A DNA stretch of 64,000 bases from Paragordius varius (taxonomy: Eukaryota; Animalia; Nematomorpha): assembly GCA_964247055.1 (NCBI GenBank), contig OZ176053.1:5084001-5148000 (forward strand), read 5' to 3'. A program made the translations under genes and the position numbers. The notes below the pieces were generated by a model, which saw only the letters and a list, made by a program, of their open reading frames with translations, made no database searches and was not told the origin of the DNA. This document shows positions 13,922 through 28,338 of the stretch, in pieces (position 1 is the stretch's first letter; each line of letters begins with the position of its first letter).

Positions 13922-15304
13922 TCTTGATGAAAACATCTCGCTGTTTTACCAGGCCAAGAAAGCAGCGTTTAAATAAAATGCTTAGATAATCATTTATAAA
14001 TGGTGGATGACTTTTATTTTTTTCCTGTGCTCAAATGGCAAAAGAGAATATTTTGTTCTAATCAAACACAGATTTTTCCTCAAATATATTATTAGGATGA
14101 ATCATATATCTATAACGAAAACTATCTACACACATATCAAATACTCATGGTTGATTAAAATAAAAATATTTGGACAATTTGAATAAATATTTTTAAACGC
14201 CTTTTTCTATATAACCAACAAACAGTATTATATCTTTGTCTCCAGTCTTTACAATTTACATTCTGGTGATGCTCTGCCCTAAAACGAAAGCGACAAAAAA
14301 CCTAATCTATCATAATTGCCTAAAAATATGCAGGCGTTAATTATGATTAAATTATATGGCAATACTCATTTAAAATATTTTTATATTGCATATATTTAAT
14401 TACCAAAATTATGTTGAATTTTACTTTCCAGCTTTGGATCGAATCTCTTTGTGTCAAATGAATGAATAATATTATTTAAATTAAATAAAAACGCTTATAA
14501 TATATTTATTTATTCATCAAATGCAAATAATATTTCTTTGAAAGTTTTTCCCTTGTGATATAATTACTAATAAATGCAATATTATTTATAACCTATTAAA
14601 ATATATATAATTAATTTTATTTGTTTTCAAAAATAATTATTGTATAACATTTAAAAAATTATGTACACATTCATATGTCTCTAAAAAATTCTGTATTACA
14701 ACGAAAATTATAATATATTTTATTATATGTATGTATAAAAAGCTTTAATAAATTTCAATTATTATATACAATATTATAATATCAAAAAACTTTTCCTATT
14801 TTATCATAATTGTTTTGATAAAATGATTAAGTTATATAACGCTTTAACAATGCTTAAGTATTATTATGTAACGACGTCTACATCTATTTTAATGAAATAA
14901 TAGTTCGCTTTCAATTATATCCATTTTGCAATGGTCATTGATTATTTAAGATGATCGAAGATAAATAATTTCATAAGTAACACTCCTCTGTTAATCTCTT
15001 ATAATGGATTTTTATTGTTTCCTGATTTTTGAATAAGCGTTTTTGTAATGGAAGGGAGTTTGTTTGAAATTCAGTTCATTTTTAATTCCTTGAAATTTCA
15101 TAAAACGAGGTAAAAAGAAAACAAAAATATTTTCATATTTATAAATCGTTAAGCAATTATATGGGTCGCAAAAAATACATATGAAAACAAAATTAATGAA
15201 AGTTACCTTGAAATTAGTAAGACCCGGCTAAAGGAGAAGTTAGGGGCCATATCGATAGAGAAGTCTTCTTGCTTATAAGAAGTTTTTCAAAAAAAAAGTC
15301 TAGC

Positions 15305-15642
15305 GGGGGATCACAAATGGCTTCGCGGGGCGCATTTACGACTCAAAGAATTTGGTGGGCCATATATTAAAAAATAGGGGCATTGATATATTTTTTATTC
15401 GATTTTGACATAAGATAATGAAAAAATGGCAAAAAAATATATAACAATCTTTATTTCACCAAATTTTGTTAGTTTGTTGCCAAGAAGAAAGAGTTACTCA
15501 GATAATTTGTTCAAGTAATATGAGTTTCACTAACATTTTGCGAAAATATTTTTCTAAATGTGGAATTCTTATTTATTTGGTAATCAAAATTTTCCGCGGG
15601 TCGCACATAATTATTTGGAGGGCCGCATGTTGGACTTCTCTG
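15305..15642. mobile_element. hAT-family MITE
   Basis: Right end GGGCCGCATGTTGGACTTCTCTG followed by GTCTAGAC; left flank GTCTAGC (possible degenerate 8-bp TSD). GC-rich subterminal motifs resemble those of the hAT at 48599-50601. Confidence 0.5.
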
Positions 15643-18600
15643 GTCTAGACAGTAAAGGTAGTTTCGTAAATTATTAGTTAAATAAAGGATGGTCGGTTTT
15701 ATTTACAAGTATGTTCCCTAAATTTACTAAAGTCCAAATTAAAATCGAAATATGGTAAAAATTGTTTATTCTAAGAAAAAGATTAACCATATACATCACG
15801 ATTTTTAGATGAAATTGTATTACTAGATCGCGAAATATTTTATCGAGATTTTGGGTATGGGGGGCAAAATAAAAGGGATCGAGCAATGAGTAAGGGTACG
15901 GATTCGGATTGATTTAGCATAAAATTTTATCATAGTATGAATACCCTCTTTACCAGGATAAATATACAAATTAACTACCCAGGGAAGTTGGAATAAACGC
16001 AAGTCCATAAACCACCGTTGAAATATGTTGTTAATTGATAGTTATACATATTTTGGAGAGAAGATAAAATGACAAAAAGCATAATATCAAAGTTGGGCAT
16101 ACAAATATCCTAAAAAAATTCATAGAAAGTGTATATTTTATATGAACAGCAAGGGAGAAAGAGTCTGGGGTCACATAGAAAATCTTAGATAGCGAGAGTT
16201 AGACGTGACATAGGAGTACCGAGGAGCATGTGACCAAAGATGATGGGATTTCGATGTAGATAGAATTATTTTTAGGTTCTCCAATAATGACAAGAAAACC
16301 TGATAGAATTGTCAAAGCTTATGAAAAAAGCAAAATTTATCAACCGCAGCCGGATATTAATAAGGTTTTTTAATATGGCACAAGAGAGACATAATAAATT
16401 AGAGTTTGCATTAATACAGCAGATATCAAAGCTGAAATCAGTAAATTATCTTGAAGAAGAGGTTATTTTAATGATAAAAGAATTTTTGAAGTATACAAAT
16501 TGGGGATTAAGCTGATTCAACCAAATTTTGTATATGCACAAATTTAAAGAGTATATAATTTAATAAAAAAGAGGTGTCTTCAAATAGACAGGTCCATTAG
16601 CATTAACAACTCGAGTTGAAAAGGCATTGAAGAAAATTAAAAAAATAATACATTTGAAACGCAGCAAATATAAGCTAATTATTAAACCCGCACAATAAAT
16701 TAATTACCCCCATTTTCAGGGTAAAATATGTAAACGACTCTAACACAATAAATTATTTGAAAATTAAAGAAAAGAATCAGAAAATTGGTTGACAGTGAGC
16801 GTATTAAATAATTTATTTCAGGAAAGTTTTATATAGTTAGGAAATAAATAAGAAGTTAATATTTATATGATAAAATAGTAGATGATGAGATTCTACAAGC
16901 TAAAAACTAAATGAAAAGGGCGCTTAAGAGATCATGTGAAAAACATTTTGTAGTGACTGAAATGAAATTTCTACTGAGACTACGGTTTTATAGTAGAAAA
17001 AAAATAAATATCTAATTTTGGAAAAGTACTTAAATAAAGCCGATAATACAATAAATAAGGTTAAAATAACCTTGGGTGGTTAAATCACTTGAAAAGCAGA
17101 GCTGCTTAGTACTTGATTGAAGGACAGATGGCTACAACATTCGTGAATAAAGAAGAAATCTTGACATTGGCATGGGGCATTTATACAAGATACGACAAAA
17201 CCAAGTTTAATCCCAAATGTACTAGAGATAGTGTATTACATTGCTCACAAAATCGGGGGGTATAAAAAATATTCTGATCAAATATGTAATCCCGATAAAT
17301 CAATGTATCAGGATCATAGTCCTTTTTTGGTTTTGGGGCTTACGAGCGATATAAGAAACATATTCGCACTTATGTGGTAATTGCCCGATATGGTAGATTC
17401 ACATTTGGGCACATCATGCTAACTAAAATTTTTGTGGTGAAAGGTAAATTCATTCCAAAAATATCTCTAAAATATATCATTAACCATTAACTATTTGTAA
17501 AAAGCAAAAAACTTTTACGAAAATTTCTATTTTTAGATGTGGTCCAAAAGCGTTTCAGTTATCAAACCCGCCATAAATGCCGACTTTTTCAAATTAAAAG
17601 CAAAAATTCCTTTATTACGCGATCAAAAATATTTAATATATTTTTGACGTTAAAAAAGTTTTTTGAACGATATTTTGCTAAAAAATTTAAATTATATCAA
17701 ATTTGTTGAGGCTAGGCGGAAGCCAATCCTTAACGCAAGAACTTTTGCGTGCAATCCGATGATGCTAAACATTTATTTTGATTTAAAGATTCGTTATCTT
17801 TAAATCCAAATCTATGTTAAATAGAATTATTTTTAAGAAAATTTTATCCGAATTCGAACGCAAACAACCATTATTAAATTTTTGAGGTGAGAGAAAAGTT
17901 CAGCATCTTCAAATTATTTGGAAAAGTATTTTCATAATTTTTAAAGCGTACTATACATCAAAATACCTTAAAATTTGCTTCACCAAAACTTTAATATAAT
18001 TTATTTTAAGAAAATATCCATTTTTCGGAAAAAACGTTTTGCGAAAATTTATCACACCTTTAAAATCTATATCGGTATTTTTGCTTTTATTTTGAGAAAA
18101 GTTGTTTATTTTCAACGGATAATTCGCTTTCGGAACTCACCTTTTTATACCGACATCGCTTCGCTTTTTATATATATATTTAATGATATTTTATTGATAT
18201 CTTTTGTGTAATGAAGTATTTAGCTACGCAAAAAGATTATTTTAGCGAATAGTGTTGCGCGCAAATTTTGCCATTTTTTGATATAGACCAGTTACTAATA
18301 AAAGATTAACATTCTTATTCACGTAAGTCTCAAAATCAAAAGCACCATGATAATCCTGATACATTTAGCTATCAAAATAAAGAGAACATTTTTTGTGTGC
18401 ATTGGTTTTGCTATAAATTACCGTATATAACCGTTTTATTATTATTATAATTTTTAAAGTAAATTATCGCTGCATATCATCATCATAATATCACTGTTAC
18501 AAATTAATAATAAAAATTAATTTTATTTTACAAAAATTTAACCTGCTTTCAATTTTAAATCATAGAATCATTTCTGTAAAGAGATGTCAAATAAATTGAT

Positions 18601-18762
18601 AAAAATACCTGTGTTTCATAAATCCGAAAAGTGATATTACGTTGCGTGTTAGTTTAATGATTAAAAAATATTTAACCTGGTTACTTGTATGTTTAGATAA
18701 ATGAGAGAAACCGTTAAATTTAAAATTTTATTCAAATTAAATATATAGTTTTTGATTCCGAA

Positions 18763-21700
18763 ATGTATTTTACAATTTTTTTATCCAATTTTTTTTGCCA
18801 TTCATATCTTTTGATTATTCTCCTGGTGTTAACAAGTCCATGCTCTAGTTATATACAAAGTATTATTATATCAATTTTATTAGAAGTTTCCCAAAATTTG
18901 GTAAAAAATATATTTATTTATATTTTGATTGAAATATAGGCCTTCATGTTGAATGTCATGCTTCAGGGGTAAGTTATTTTGTTAAATTTCGCAAACCATT
19001 TTACGGCGTATCACTTATAAAGAAACCAGTCAACCGGTTACTTGAAATTTTAATTCCGACATATCTTGATATTGAATCGATTGACGATAAACTTGAACAG
19101 AAGCTCTATAAGCTTGATTCAAAAGAAGGACTTGATTTAGATGAAATTTCTTGTTCCATTAAAGAAATTCAAGAGTTTGCTAAATTAAAGAGGCTGCTAA
19201 CTGAGAACGACAATAGCATTTTCTCTGATACAAATGATAAACTATGTCCATACTTTCACAGTGGTTCTGAGGAATCAAAAATTTATAGAGATTTCAACAA
19301 ATGTGACATATCCGAAGTATGTAATTAAACAGTGTTATTCATTAATATCAAATTTAAAATTCGAACTTTGCCTTCTATTTTGGAATATATATATATATAT
19401 ATATATATATATGGGTATATTATAGACTTTCGATAATGAACTCGATAGATCAGTGCGACACATGGATTTAATATTTATTCCAGTAAATCCGAGTTGTAAA
19501 GGAAAACGGAATGAGATTATGGAATACTCTATTGACTGTTATCCTAATAATTCAATAAACCCCATACGAACCAATATAATTCCCAAATCAATCCTGAACG
19601 GAAGTCAAAATTTTAATGAACAAATCATTAAACTGGGAAATGAAGTGTAAGTTTACTTGTTTTAATTTTTTGAGATATATTTTATCAAGTTTACCAATAG
19701 CATATTCTTTAAACTACGGGAATTTATTTTCGCTTGGGCAAACAACTTTGTGGAACATCCTGCGATTATACTAAAAATTGAATTACATATTTCAATTTTT
19801 ATGTTTAACTAACACCAGACTAAACTAAAAACTGGAAACATAGCGCAACCTGATTTTAAAATAAACAGTTTTTTTGAAGTCAAAATTTTATACTTTTGCT
19901 AAATAAATTATAATTACGCGCGTTTAAAACACCATACGAGGAAAAAGCTACAAAAGTTAGAATATAGTTTTAAAATGTTTTTTTACTGCGTTTAATAATA
20001 AACCATAATTTTTATTAGGAAGATAATTCTTCCCATAATCAAACAAACCATAATAGCCAACCGAAAGAATAGAAAGGATTTATCACGGCCACACTTAAGT
20101 ATTCTATCACGTAAGATTGCCGAAATCGACAAAATATTAGCGACAATTTCATCGAAAAGACCCTCCACCATTAAATTATTTAATAAGTATACTCAACCAC
20201 CTGCCACAAATACATCGAAATTATTTATTTATAAAGCTTTATCTGTCAAAAAAATAAAAGAGTCCTCATCTCCCCCTCCACAAAATAAGCTACCACCTTA
20301 TTATACACCATATAACCAGAAATCTCAAAAATCACTTTTGTCCAAACGCCTACTATCTCTTTTGGAAAAATTGGTGAAATCCGAAAAACAGAACACTAAT
20401 TATGAAGCGAAAATGGATTCAATTAAGTCGACTCTACCCCCATTTTATATTACTTATAAAGATGCCGAAAACATTAGTTATGTCAATCCAATAACATATG
20501 GTAGTTCTGAATTACTAAAACCCGCAACTATAAATAAAATAAAATGGGAGTCATCTCAGGAACTTATAACATTCATGGAAGAGATCTTGAATGAACTCAA
20601 ATACATCGAATTAAAAATGAGATACGACAAAATGAAAACACAAAAAACTCAGTCCAATTCTATTCCCGTTTCCAACGTTAAGGAGGAAGTTTCCAAATTT
20701 ATTGAACTCATCAAAGCTAATCATACATTACACACAAATAAAAACAGTATAAAAAACTCCTTTTTGTATTACGTTTATTCACTCCCTTGGCCTTTCAATG
20801 ACACCCAAAATGTCAGTTCGGTGGTTAGGAAGAGTAGTCAGACATTTTTAAAGAAAAACTACTTTAATACTATGAACTTAACGGATGGCCTAAAGCCGGT
20901 TAAAATGTTTAATCAACAGCTTCCTACTGTTTCATCAAACAATATCAATAATAACATTGATATAAATAAGAATGATATTAATAGCGACGATACTGATGTT
21001 ATGGTTAATTTTGTGGTACAACCCTCTAATCTAGAATCAACTTCTATTGCAAGTAATACTCCAGTTTTACCAGGCAATACCTCTGAGGCCGCGGAAACGA
21101 CTACGGTACCAAAAATATTGGACATACTGAGTCTCCCTACCAACTCCAGCCTAGAAATATCTCTTTCCAATCAAACAGATTTGGTTAACTTAACAAGATC
21201 TAGATTATTAGATTTTCCAAGGAACCCGAGATTAATTCAACCATCTCTTACTGGTAAATTAACTTTTTCAGCCCGTAAACAATTGTCAGATTTTTTGGGT
21301 TAGTTAACACTGGTCGTGATATTTAATTAATATATGTAAACTGTTAACATATATGTATAGCTTTAGATTTGGGGATTAGCGCTTATTGTGGAACAAACAG
21401 TATGGTAATAACTGGACGAAGTTCTCAGGGCTTTTTTGGAACCATTTATACACCTGGGTACTATGATGCTGATAAATGTCGGTTTCAAGGAAACGGTCAA
21501 CTAGATTTCGAACTTAAAATATCGTTTAAAAAGTGTGGAGTCAGAAAGGTTAGCAATGCTTACATACCTACTAATAAATCGGTTATAATTTTAAAACAGG
21601 AAAAGATTTTGTGACATACACGAAAAATAATTTTTGAAAAAATTTAAGCTTTAACATAACTTATTGATTTTTATGTAATTTCGATTCCTTACATCATATG

Positions 21701-24700
21701 GTTTATACCTAATTATTATCTTTGGCTGACTCGTTTAAATTGTAGTTTAATAATAGCATTCCTAGAGGTTTTTTAAAGAATATAAATTTTCTGTAATTTG
21801 TGGTATTGAAAAAAGAGCTGTTAAAGTGATAATTTAATCTAAATTGGAAAAGGCGGGGCGGTATGTCTTAATTGACAAATGTGTTACTTTTTAACATATT
21901 AATGCAAGACATTTAAAGAATCCACATCATGTCTTATCTTCGATTTTAATGCATGTATACCGTTTCCTAGTCAAAAAAACGTTTTCCTAGTCAATCAAAC
22001 GGTTTCTCAGACATCGAAACGTTTTCCATTGAATCGAAACATTTTTCCAATCAAAAAAACGTTTTCGCAGTCAATCGCACATTTTTTCAGTCAATAAAAA
22101 CGGTTTCATTTTTGATGACAAATATCAAGATCAAATATAAAAATAATTTTCATTTAAAGCACACTAATTAGGATATTATTTTTTAGAAAAACACAAATAT
22201 TGAATGACAATTTTTATTAGATGCCAATACATAATCATTTACTTAATCTTTAAATGTTATATTTTATCAACTGGATGAGTATTTTATGGTATTTGAGGTA
22301 ATTTTAACAAAATATTTAATATTATTTTATTTTATCGATGGTTCGCATAATAATCGGGGCTACCTATAAAATCTATAGTTTTGGAACTAATAAAATTAAA
22401 AAATATACCATTCTCATCACGAATCGGTCATTTTACACTTCAAATTGGATTTAAAGCATTTGTAATTCCACCCTAATTTATATAATTTATTAATCTAGTC
22501 TAATATCCTTTTTCATTTTTCATCTAAAAAATATTTTATGTTTAGACATTCTTTTCCGACAGTATTTTTACCGACAAACTTTTACATGTTAAAACCAATT
22601 TGAAGTTTTAAATGACCAATTCGAGATGAAAATGGTAATCGGTTTAAATTTTATTAGATCATCCGAAACTATAGATTTTATAGGTTAGCCCGATTATTAA
22701 TGAGAACCATCGATAAAATAAAAAAATATTAAATATTTACTTAAAAATATCTCAAAAACCATAAAATACTCATCCAGTTAATAAAATATAACTTTTAAAG
22801 ACTAAGACATTAATGATTATGTATTGGCATATAATAAAAAATTGTCGTTCAATTTTTTTCTAAAAAATAAGATCCTAATTAGTGTGCTCTTAATGATTAA
22901 AAGTTATTTTTATATTTATTTTGAAATTTATCATCAAAAATAAAACCGTTTTTATTGACTGGGAAAAAAATGTTTTTATTGATTGGGAAAATGTTTCGAT
23001 TGGCTGGGAAAACGTTTCGAATGACTGGGAAAATGGTTCGATTGAATAGGAAAATGTTTTGATAGACTGGAAAAATGTTTTTTGACTGGGAAATGGTTAG
23101 CTTTTTACCATTTTGACAATTACTAATTCATGCCTACTTTAGCAAAACTTTTTTCGATGTATTTGATTTTTTGTAATGATATTCCTATTTTCGACTTAAT
23201 ATTTTAGACGGGAGATCTTTATAAAACATTATTAGTCATTATATTTGAACGGATTAATGGGGTCATTGGAACCGGAGCAGATGCCATGACTGTTCAGTGT
23301 GATTTGGCCCGAGTTATCAATCATGATCTCGAAAAAGTGGAAAGTTACGATTATAAATTCCGCATTCCGGAGAAAGTAAAGTTAGTATTAATATTTATTT
23401 TTGACACAAAATGTCGTGCCATTCGTAAAAAACTTATAAAATCCACTTAGTTTGTTTTTAACGAGGTTGATACCAAAATATTTTGGTTTTAATTTTTTTA
23501 AGACTTTGTGCAATTAGTTATCGGATATCATCATATAGATCTGTTTATTACAATTTATATTATTTGACCCTAGAATATATCCATTATCGAAAGAATCAAA
23601 CGAAAAGTTGGCTGACAAAACATTTAAACCGATAGCAAAAGAAGAACTCTTGAATATGCCAGAAGTTCGAGCTCTTACGCCCTCACCCCCAACCTTAGCG
23701 GATGTTGTGCGAAATCCCAGGGCTGGAGTTATAGGAGGTGGTGGTGGCGGCGGCCCTTTGGCCTCTGACCTATTGTTGCTTCCTCAACTAAGTAGCGATT
23801 TGACAGGAGGGAATATTCTTTTCCCAAACCAAAATTCATTTGATAGTTTGATGCCAAACATAGATAATGTAGATGAAAATGGGTATGTATATAAATAAAT
23901 AGTACAAAAGAAATTTTTAAAATGCAATGCCCAAAGTTTATTAAACATATTTGTCTAAAAAATTATATATTATAGCTATATTTAAAAAGCAAAAAGATAT
24001 TATAAAATTTTAATTTTTAAATATGGCCTTTCAAAGTCTAAATTTTCGGCCCCTTCCAAAATGGGCTATTTTTTTTAAAGTAAAAAAGGTAAGAATCTGC
24101 CATAAGAATTTTGATATGCGGTATTTATTCCATCAAAAAAATATATTAAAAAGCATAATACTTTATTAAAAAAATTAATTTTCGCAAAATATTGATGAAC
24201 CGTATTTTATGGTGGTTCGAAGCAGGTAAAAACGGCGAAAAAATATTTTAAAATATTTAAAAACAGCTATTTATATATTTCTACGTCGCTTAAACATTTC
24301 CAATTGTATCAAAATAGGATCCCTAGTTTTTTTAAAAAAGTGAATCCTATAAAATCATTTGACTAAAAAATAATCATGAACCATAACCTAATTAACCAAA
24401 TATCACAATGATAAAACTACAAAAAATGTGTTTTGTTCAATTAAAACGTCTAACCAATATTCTGCCATGAAAATATATTTATGAAAATTTCACATAATTG
24501 TATTCATATAAAGCATTCATTTCTTAGATGGGAAAATAATGGATTTTTGCCTCCTTCAAGTCGAGCCATATTACATAGAAAGTGGCCCAGATCCTATGCA
24601 TATAAAAAACCACCCGACTTTGATGAATATGATTTAGACGATCCGTTTCTTAAAAAACGTAAAAGACGTGTGGAACATCCCATTTATAATACTCCCAATT

Positions 24701-27700
24701 TCCCAAGACAGAAGAAAAGAACGCGAGGCCAGGAAAATCAAGCAGTTTATAGCGATAATTTTGGCAATTATAATTATCGGGATCATGCTAATAATTTCCC
24801 GGGTTCATCTTCAAATAATATTTTTTTTAATTAAATGAGAGCAAAGATATATAGTATTCATATTATATCAAAAATTTTTATAAAAATTTAATCGATTTGC
24901 CATTGTTTTATGAAATATAATCGTTATTATAAATGTTATAAATTATAGGTGATATGAGGAAAAGGCGCGTAAACCCCGGCTCAAATAGTAATTTATATTC
25001 AGCAGTATCTCGTCCACAAGAGTCCATAGCAATAGATATGCCTTTGACATATGACACAGAAATCGGCGAAGAAAACTTAGGTTATATTTGGCAATCATTT
25101 CCAATATGTCATGCATAATTTTTTGAATCATTAAAGCAAAATCTTAACATATAAAAAACTGCTTATTATTTCCGCCTAAATTATTAAATATCTACCTTTA
25201 TGCTAGTTTCCATAAAAATCTCTGCATAAATAGTGTAATTGTGCAATGATGCATTTACAACGGACCTCCAAAATGACCTCGATTATGGGGAACATACATG
25301 AGTCATTATCCACATCATGAATCACCCTTTTTGAAAAATATAAAACTAAATTACTTTCTATTAAAATAAATTAAATAACAAATAGTTATTGAGAATATTC
25401 TATAGATATCTGAAAATTGTGGTAAAAATGATGAAATTTAACTTTTTTATGATTCCATGTTATTCACAAACTAGTAAGGAGGAGGTGTGTTTTACTTTAA
25501 ATGATTATGATTCGATATTAGTATATGAAAATCGGAAAGGTCCAGCATATTAATTCATTATGAGGGGGGCGGAGGTCATTTTGGGTGGTTTACTGTTAAT
25601 CAATTCATTTAATAAAATATTTAATGCAAAAATAAATTCAGCTCAGTTTTCTTTCCCGAATTACGGATCGCTGTATGATGCGCCAATGACCAATCGTCAA
25701 TATCGTTTGCCATATAACCAATATCAACAGCGTGAACCTAAACAGCTCCAATATCCGGCAAATAATTTTGATCATAACAATGGCCGTTCCATAACATATC
25801 CCAAAGGTGGTGTTGGACAAACGCCATATAACCATATTAGGTATATTTTATTGTTGTTAAATCACCATAAAATTCAATAAATTAGATTAGAAACTAGAGT
25901 GTTTTCAAATTTTTACTACGTAGTTAGCATGACATATTCAAGTGTATTTTCATGTATACCGTAATGTGTCCAGTTCAGGATTTACAAAGCGTAATAATAC
26001 TTTTTAAATAGGCCAAATAATATGATAAAATTGCTATTAAAAATAATAAAATAATATGTATATTATTAATTCAGATATATGGTCAGCAACCTTTAATTTG
26101 ACGTAACGGCTTTAGATTTAAAACCAGTTTTTAAGTTGTTAAACAGCGTAAAAATTCTAAAATCTTATATTTATGAATTTAAAATTGAACATCACCGTAA
26201 AATCATGCTTGTTCTTAGACTAAATTACTATAGTGTGATAACAGATACTCCTTCCAGCACCAATGAGTGGCTAGATAAGATTTAAAAATATAAACATTTT
26301 TAACCACAAAAACATGCAATACTCATTTTTATGAGGTTAAATGTTTAATGATGTTTGAACTTTTAGACATTATAGTTATAATCAAAATATGGATCCGCCA
26401 AAATTACCCCCTTATGTACCTTATATGATTTATCGGCATGAAAGATATCAAGTTCCTTCAACTATATACAGTGCTCCCAAACTTTTTTATCAGAACCATC
26501 TTGAGCTAAATAATCGCAATAATAATAATGAAAATCAGCATCAAACCTTTTCTGGATCTACCAAAACTCGTAATTACGACGCAGAATCCCTTCAACTAAA
26601 TGTCGATGATAAATCTAATTTGTATGTCAAATTTTACGACGTGCAAGGTTCGTACTATTTTTTTAAATATATCCTTTCCAGGTATATTGTATTCATTTAT
26701 AAAATTTGCTATTTATGTGGTGTATTCATAGGTATTTTGGGTATTATTTGAAAAAAACTGGGAGTTAAATGACACATAAGCGATGCCCAATTTATCTTCG
26801 GTTAATTAGGAGCATCACCGATCTAAAATATAAAATATTACAATTATTAATTTCATAATACTGTATATATCAATCCATGATCAAATTTTAATAAAACATT
26901 AACTTTATTTAGTGTTAACGGGAGACAATTCATTTTTAAAATTGGTATTCGATTAACTTAAACCATTATTACCATGATAGATGTGGCGAATATGAGATTA
27001 TCTAATTGTACCTTGAAGCAAGCTTTTAAATCGTATTCCGTCAATATCTTTGATGAAGATGGGTATGAATATAATCAAAAAATTATTATATAATAATGCA
27101 TCAAATTGTAATTTCAGTGGATCAAATTGATGATATTTGGTATATTTGTAATATACTATAGCTCTATTTTTATATATGCAAAACGTTCAACAAAATATAT
27201 TTTCATACAAAAATAAATTAAAATTAGAGTTTAAAAAATATTATAAAGTTCATTTTGATAAGTATGCCTTGTATTTTTTTATCTTAAGACCTAAAATAAG
27301 TATGCTTCTGATGCTAAAATCCTCGAAAATAAGTGGTAATTACACTTTCGCAATCAATATTATCAAATTTTTTTTAACGGCATGATTTTATTGTAAAGTT
27401 TGAACTTAGTCTCACTTTACATACGTTGATATATAATCAGATGTTTCCAAGCGTTTATATGGTAATTAACAATATAAGAAAGTGGTAATCACCAAATTTT
27501 TTTTTAAAAACCCCAAAAAATTCAAGTTTCAAGGGCTACACCATATAATACCGAAAAAATTAACAGACACATTTGCAGATATTCTTAAAATAAGTACATC
27601 AAAAGATTTAATATATACTTCAGGGCCTTAAAAAAGCACTTTTAGGGCTGTATGCGGCCCGTGGGCCGCTGTTTGAGTATCTCCAATATCAACCAATTAA

Positions 27701-28173
27701 TTTTTTATTGAAATAAAATATGAACTACGCTCAAAAGTTTCGTTCACATTAACAAGTCGTCTAATAATACATTTCCTCTTTTGCTCGATTAAATCCATAC
27801 GATACCTAATTGTGTCCTAAAAATAAGACGACCCTTTAATGTTAATATGCTCCATTTGTAATCTATTTCATGGGATTGTATGATTTAAGAGGTTTGTTAT
27901 TTTGCTTTAACCCATATAAACTGAAATTAGGACACCGTCAGAATTGGCAATATGTATTTTTTTATTTATCATCAGCAAATATTAATTTTGTATTTTTATT
28001 TCAAAACGAATTCATATTTCGATGTTCCTATAAATTTAATGCTGCTACATATTTTTAGGTGCACATTGCTATTTCCGCCCTATGAGAGTTTAATCGCTAA
28101 ATTAAACTTGGCCGATTACAAGCTAGTGTTTGAGTGTAGAGTAAAACGGATACAAAAAGATCCTATATGCTAA
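18763..28173 (+). CDS. Secreted ZP-domain (cuticlin/Dusky-like) protein, ~1181 aa; exons 18763-18859, 18940-19316, 19426-19646, 20019-21253, 21367-21548, 23208-23380, 23574-23882, 24528-24802, 25642-25840, 26367-26647, 26981-27062, 28059-28173
   Basis: Signal peptide MYFTIFLSNFFCHSYLLIILLVLTSPCSS. ZP-N-like 1: LHVECHASGVSYFVKFRKPFYG...IDCY. ZP-N 2: AYCGTNSMVIT..FFGTIYTPG..DKCRF..KCG..DAMTVQCD. ZP-C-like: LSNCTL..VNIFDEDG|CT..LVFECRVK. All 11 introns are GT-AG with matching phases and the total 3546 nt is divisible by 3. The exon 8 donor (G|GTTCAT) is the weakest link. Confidence 0.8.
21959..23098. mobile_element. Foldback element (~1.14 kb, ~500-bp inverted arms) with arrays of ~20-bp subterminal repeats, in ZP-gene intron 5
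   Basis: About 7 copies of a GTTTTCCCAGTCAATCGAAAC-like 20-mer at 21961-22100 and inverted at ~22950-23098. Arms pair inward to ~22465/22580 (e.g. CTGGATGAGTATTTTATGG/CCATAAAATACTCATCCAG). Confidence 0.85.
27633..27684. mobile_element. Terminal fragment of the hAT family seen at 48599-50601
   Basis: AAAGCACTTTTAGGGCTGTATGCGGCCCGTGGGCCGCTGTTTGAGTATC closely matches 50549-50598. Confidence 0.65.
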
Positions 28174-28338
28174 CGAATTCGATTACTTAGTTTATATGCA
28201 TATATGATAAATAAATGTTAAAATTGTAATCATTGTATAATGTGACGTAATAATTTAATATATATAAGCCATATTATGAGTGATAACAACAAACAGTGAA
28301 ATGAACCTATACCTATTAAGGGTAGGGATTCTAAAGAT

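Noticed and set aside
21961-22100. Regularly spaced ~20-bp repeats resembling a CRISPR array
   Set aside because: The repeats are contiguous with no unique spacers, are mirrored at the other end of a foldback element, and lie in a eukaryotic intron with no cas genes.
25560-25880. ORF 25560-25880 as an independent secreted gene
   Set aside because: Its 3' part joins in phase to upstream and downstream exons of the ZP gene (25642-25840); the N-terminal part is most likely intron.
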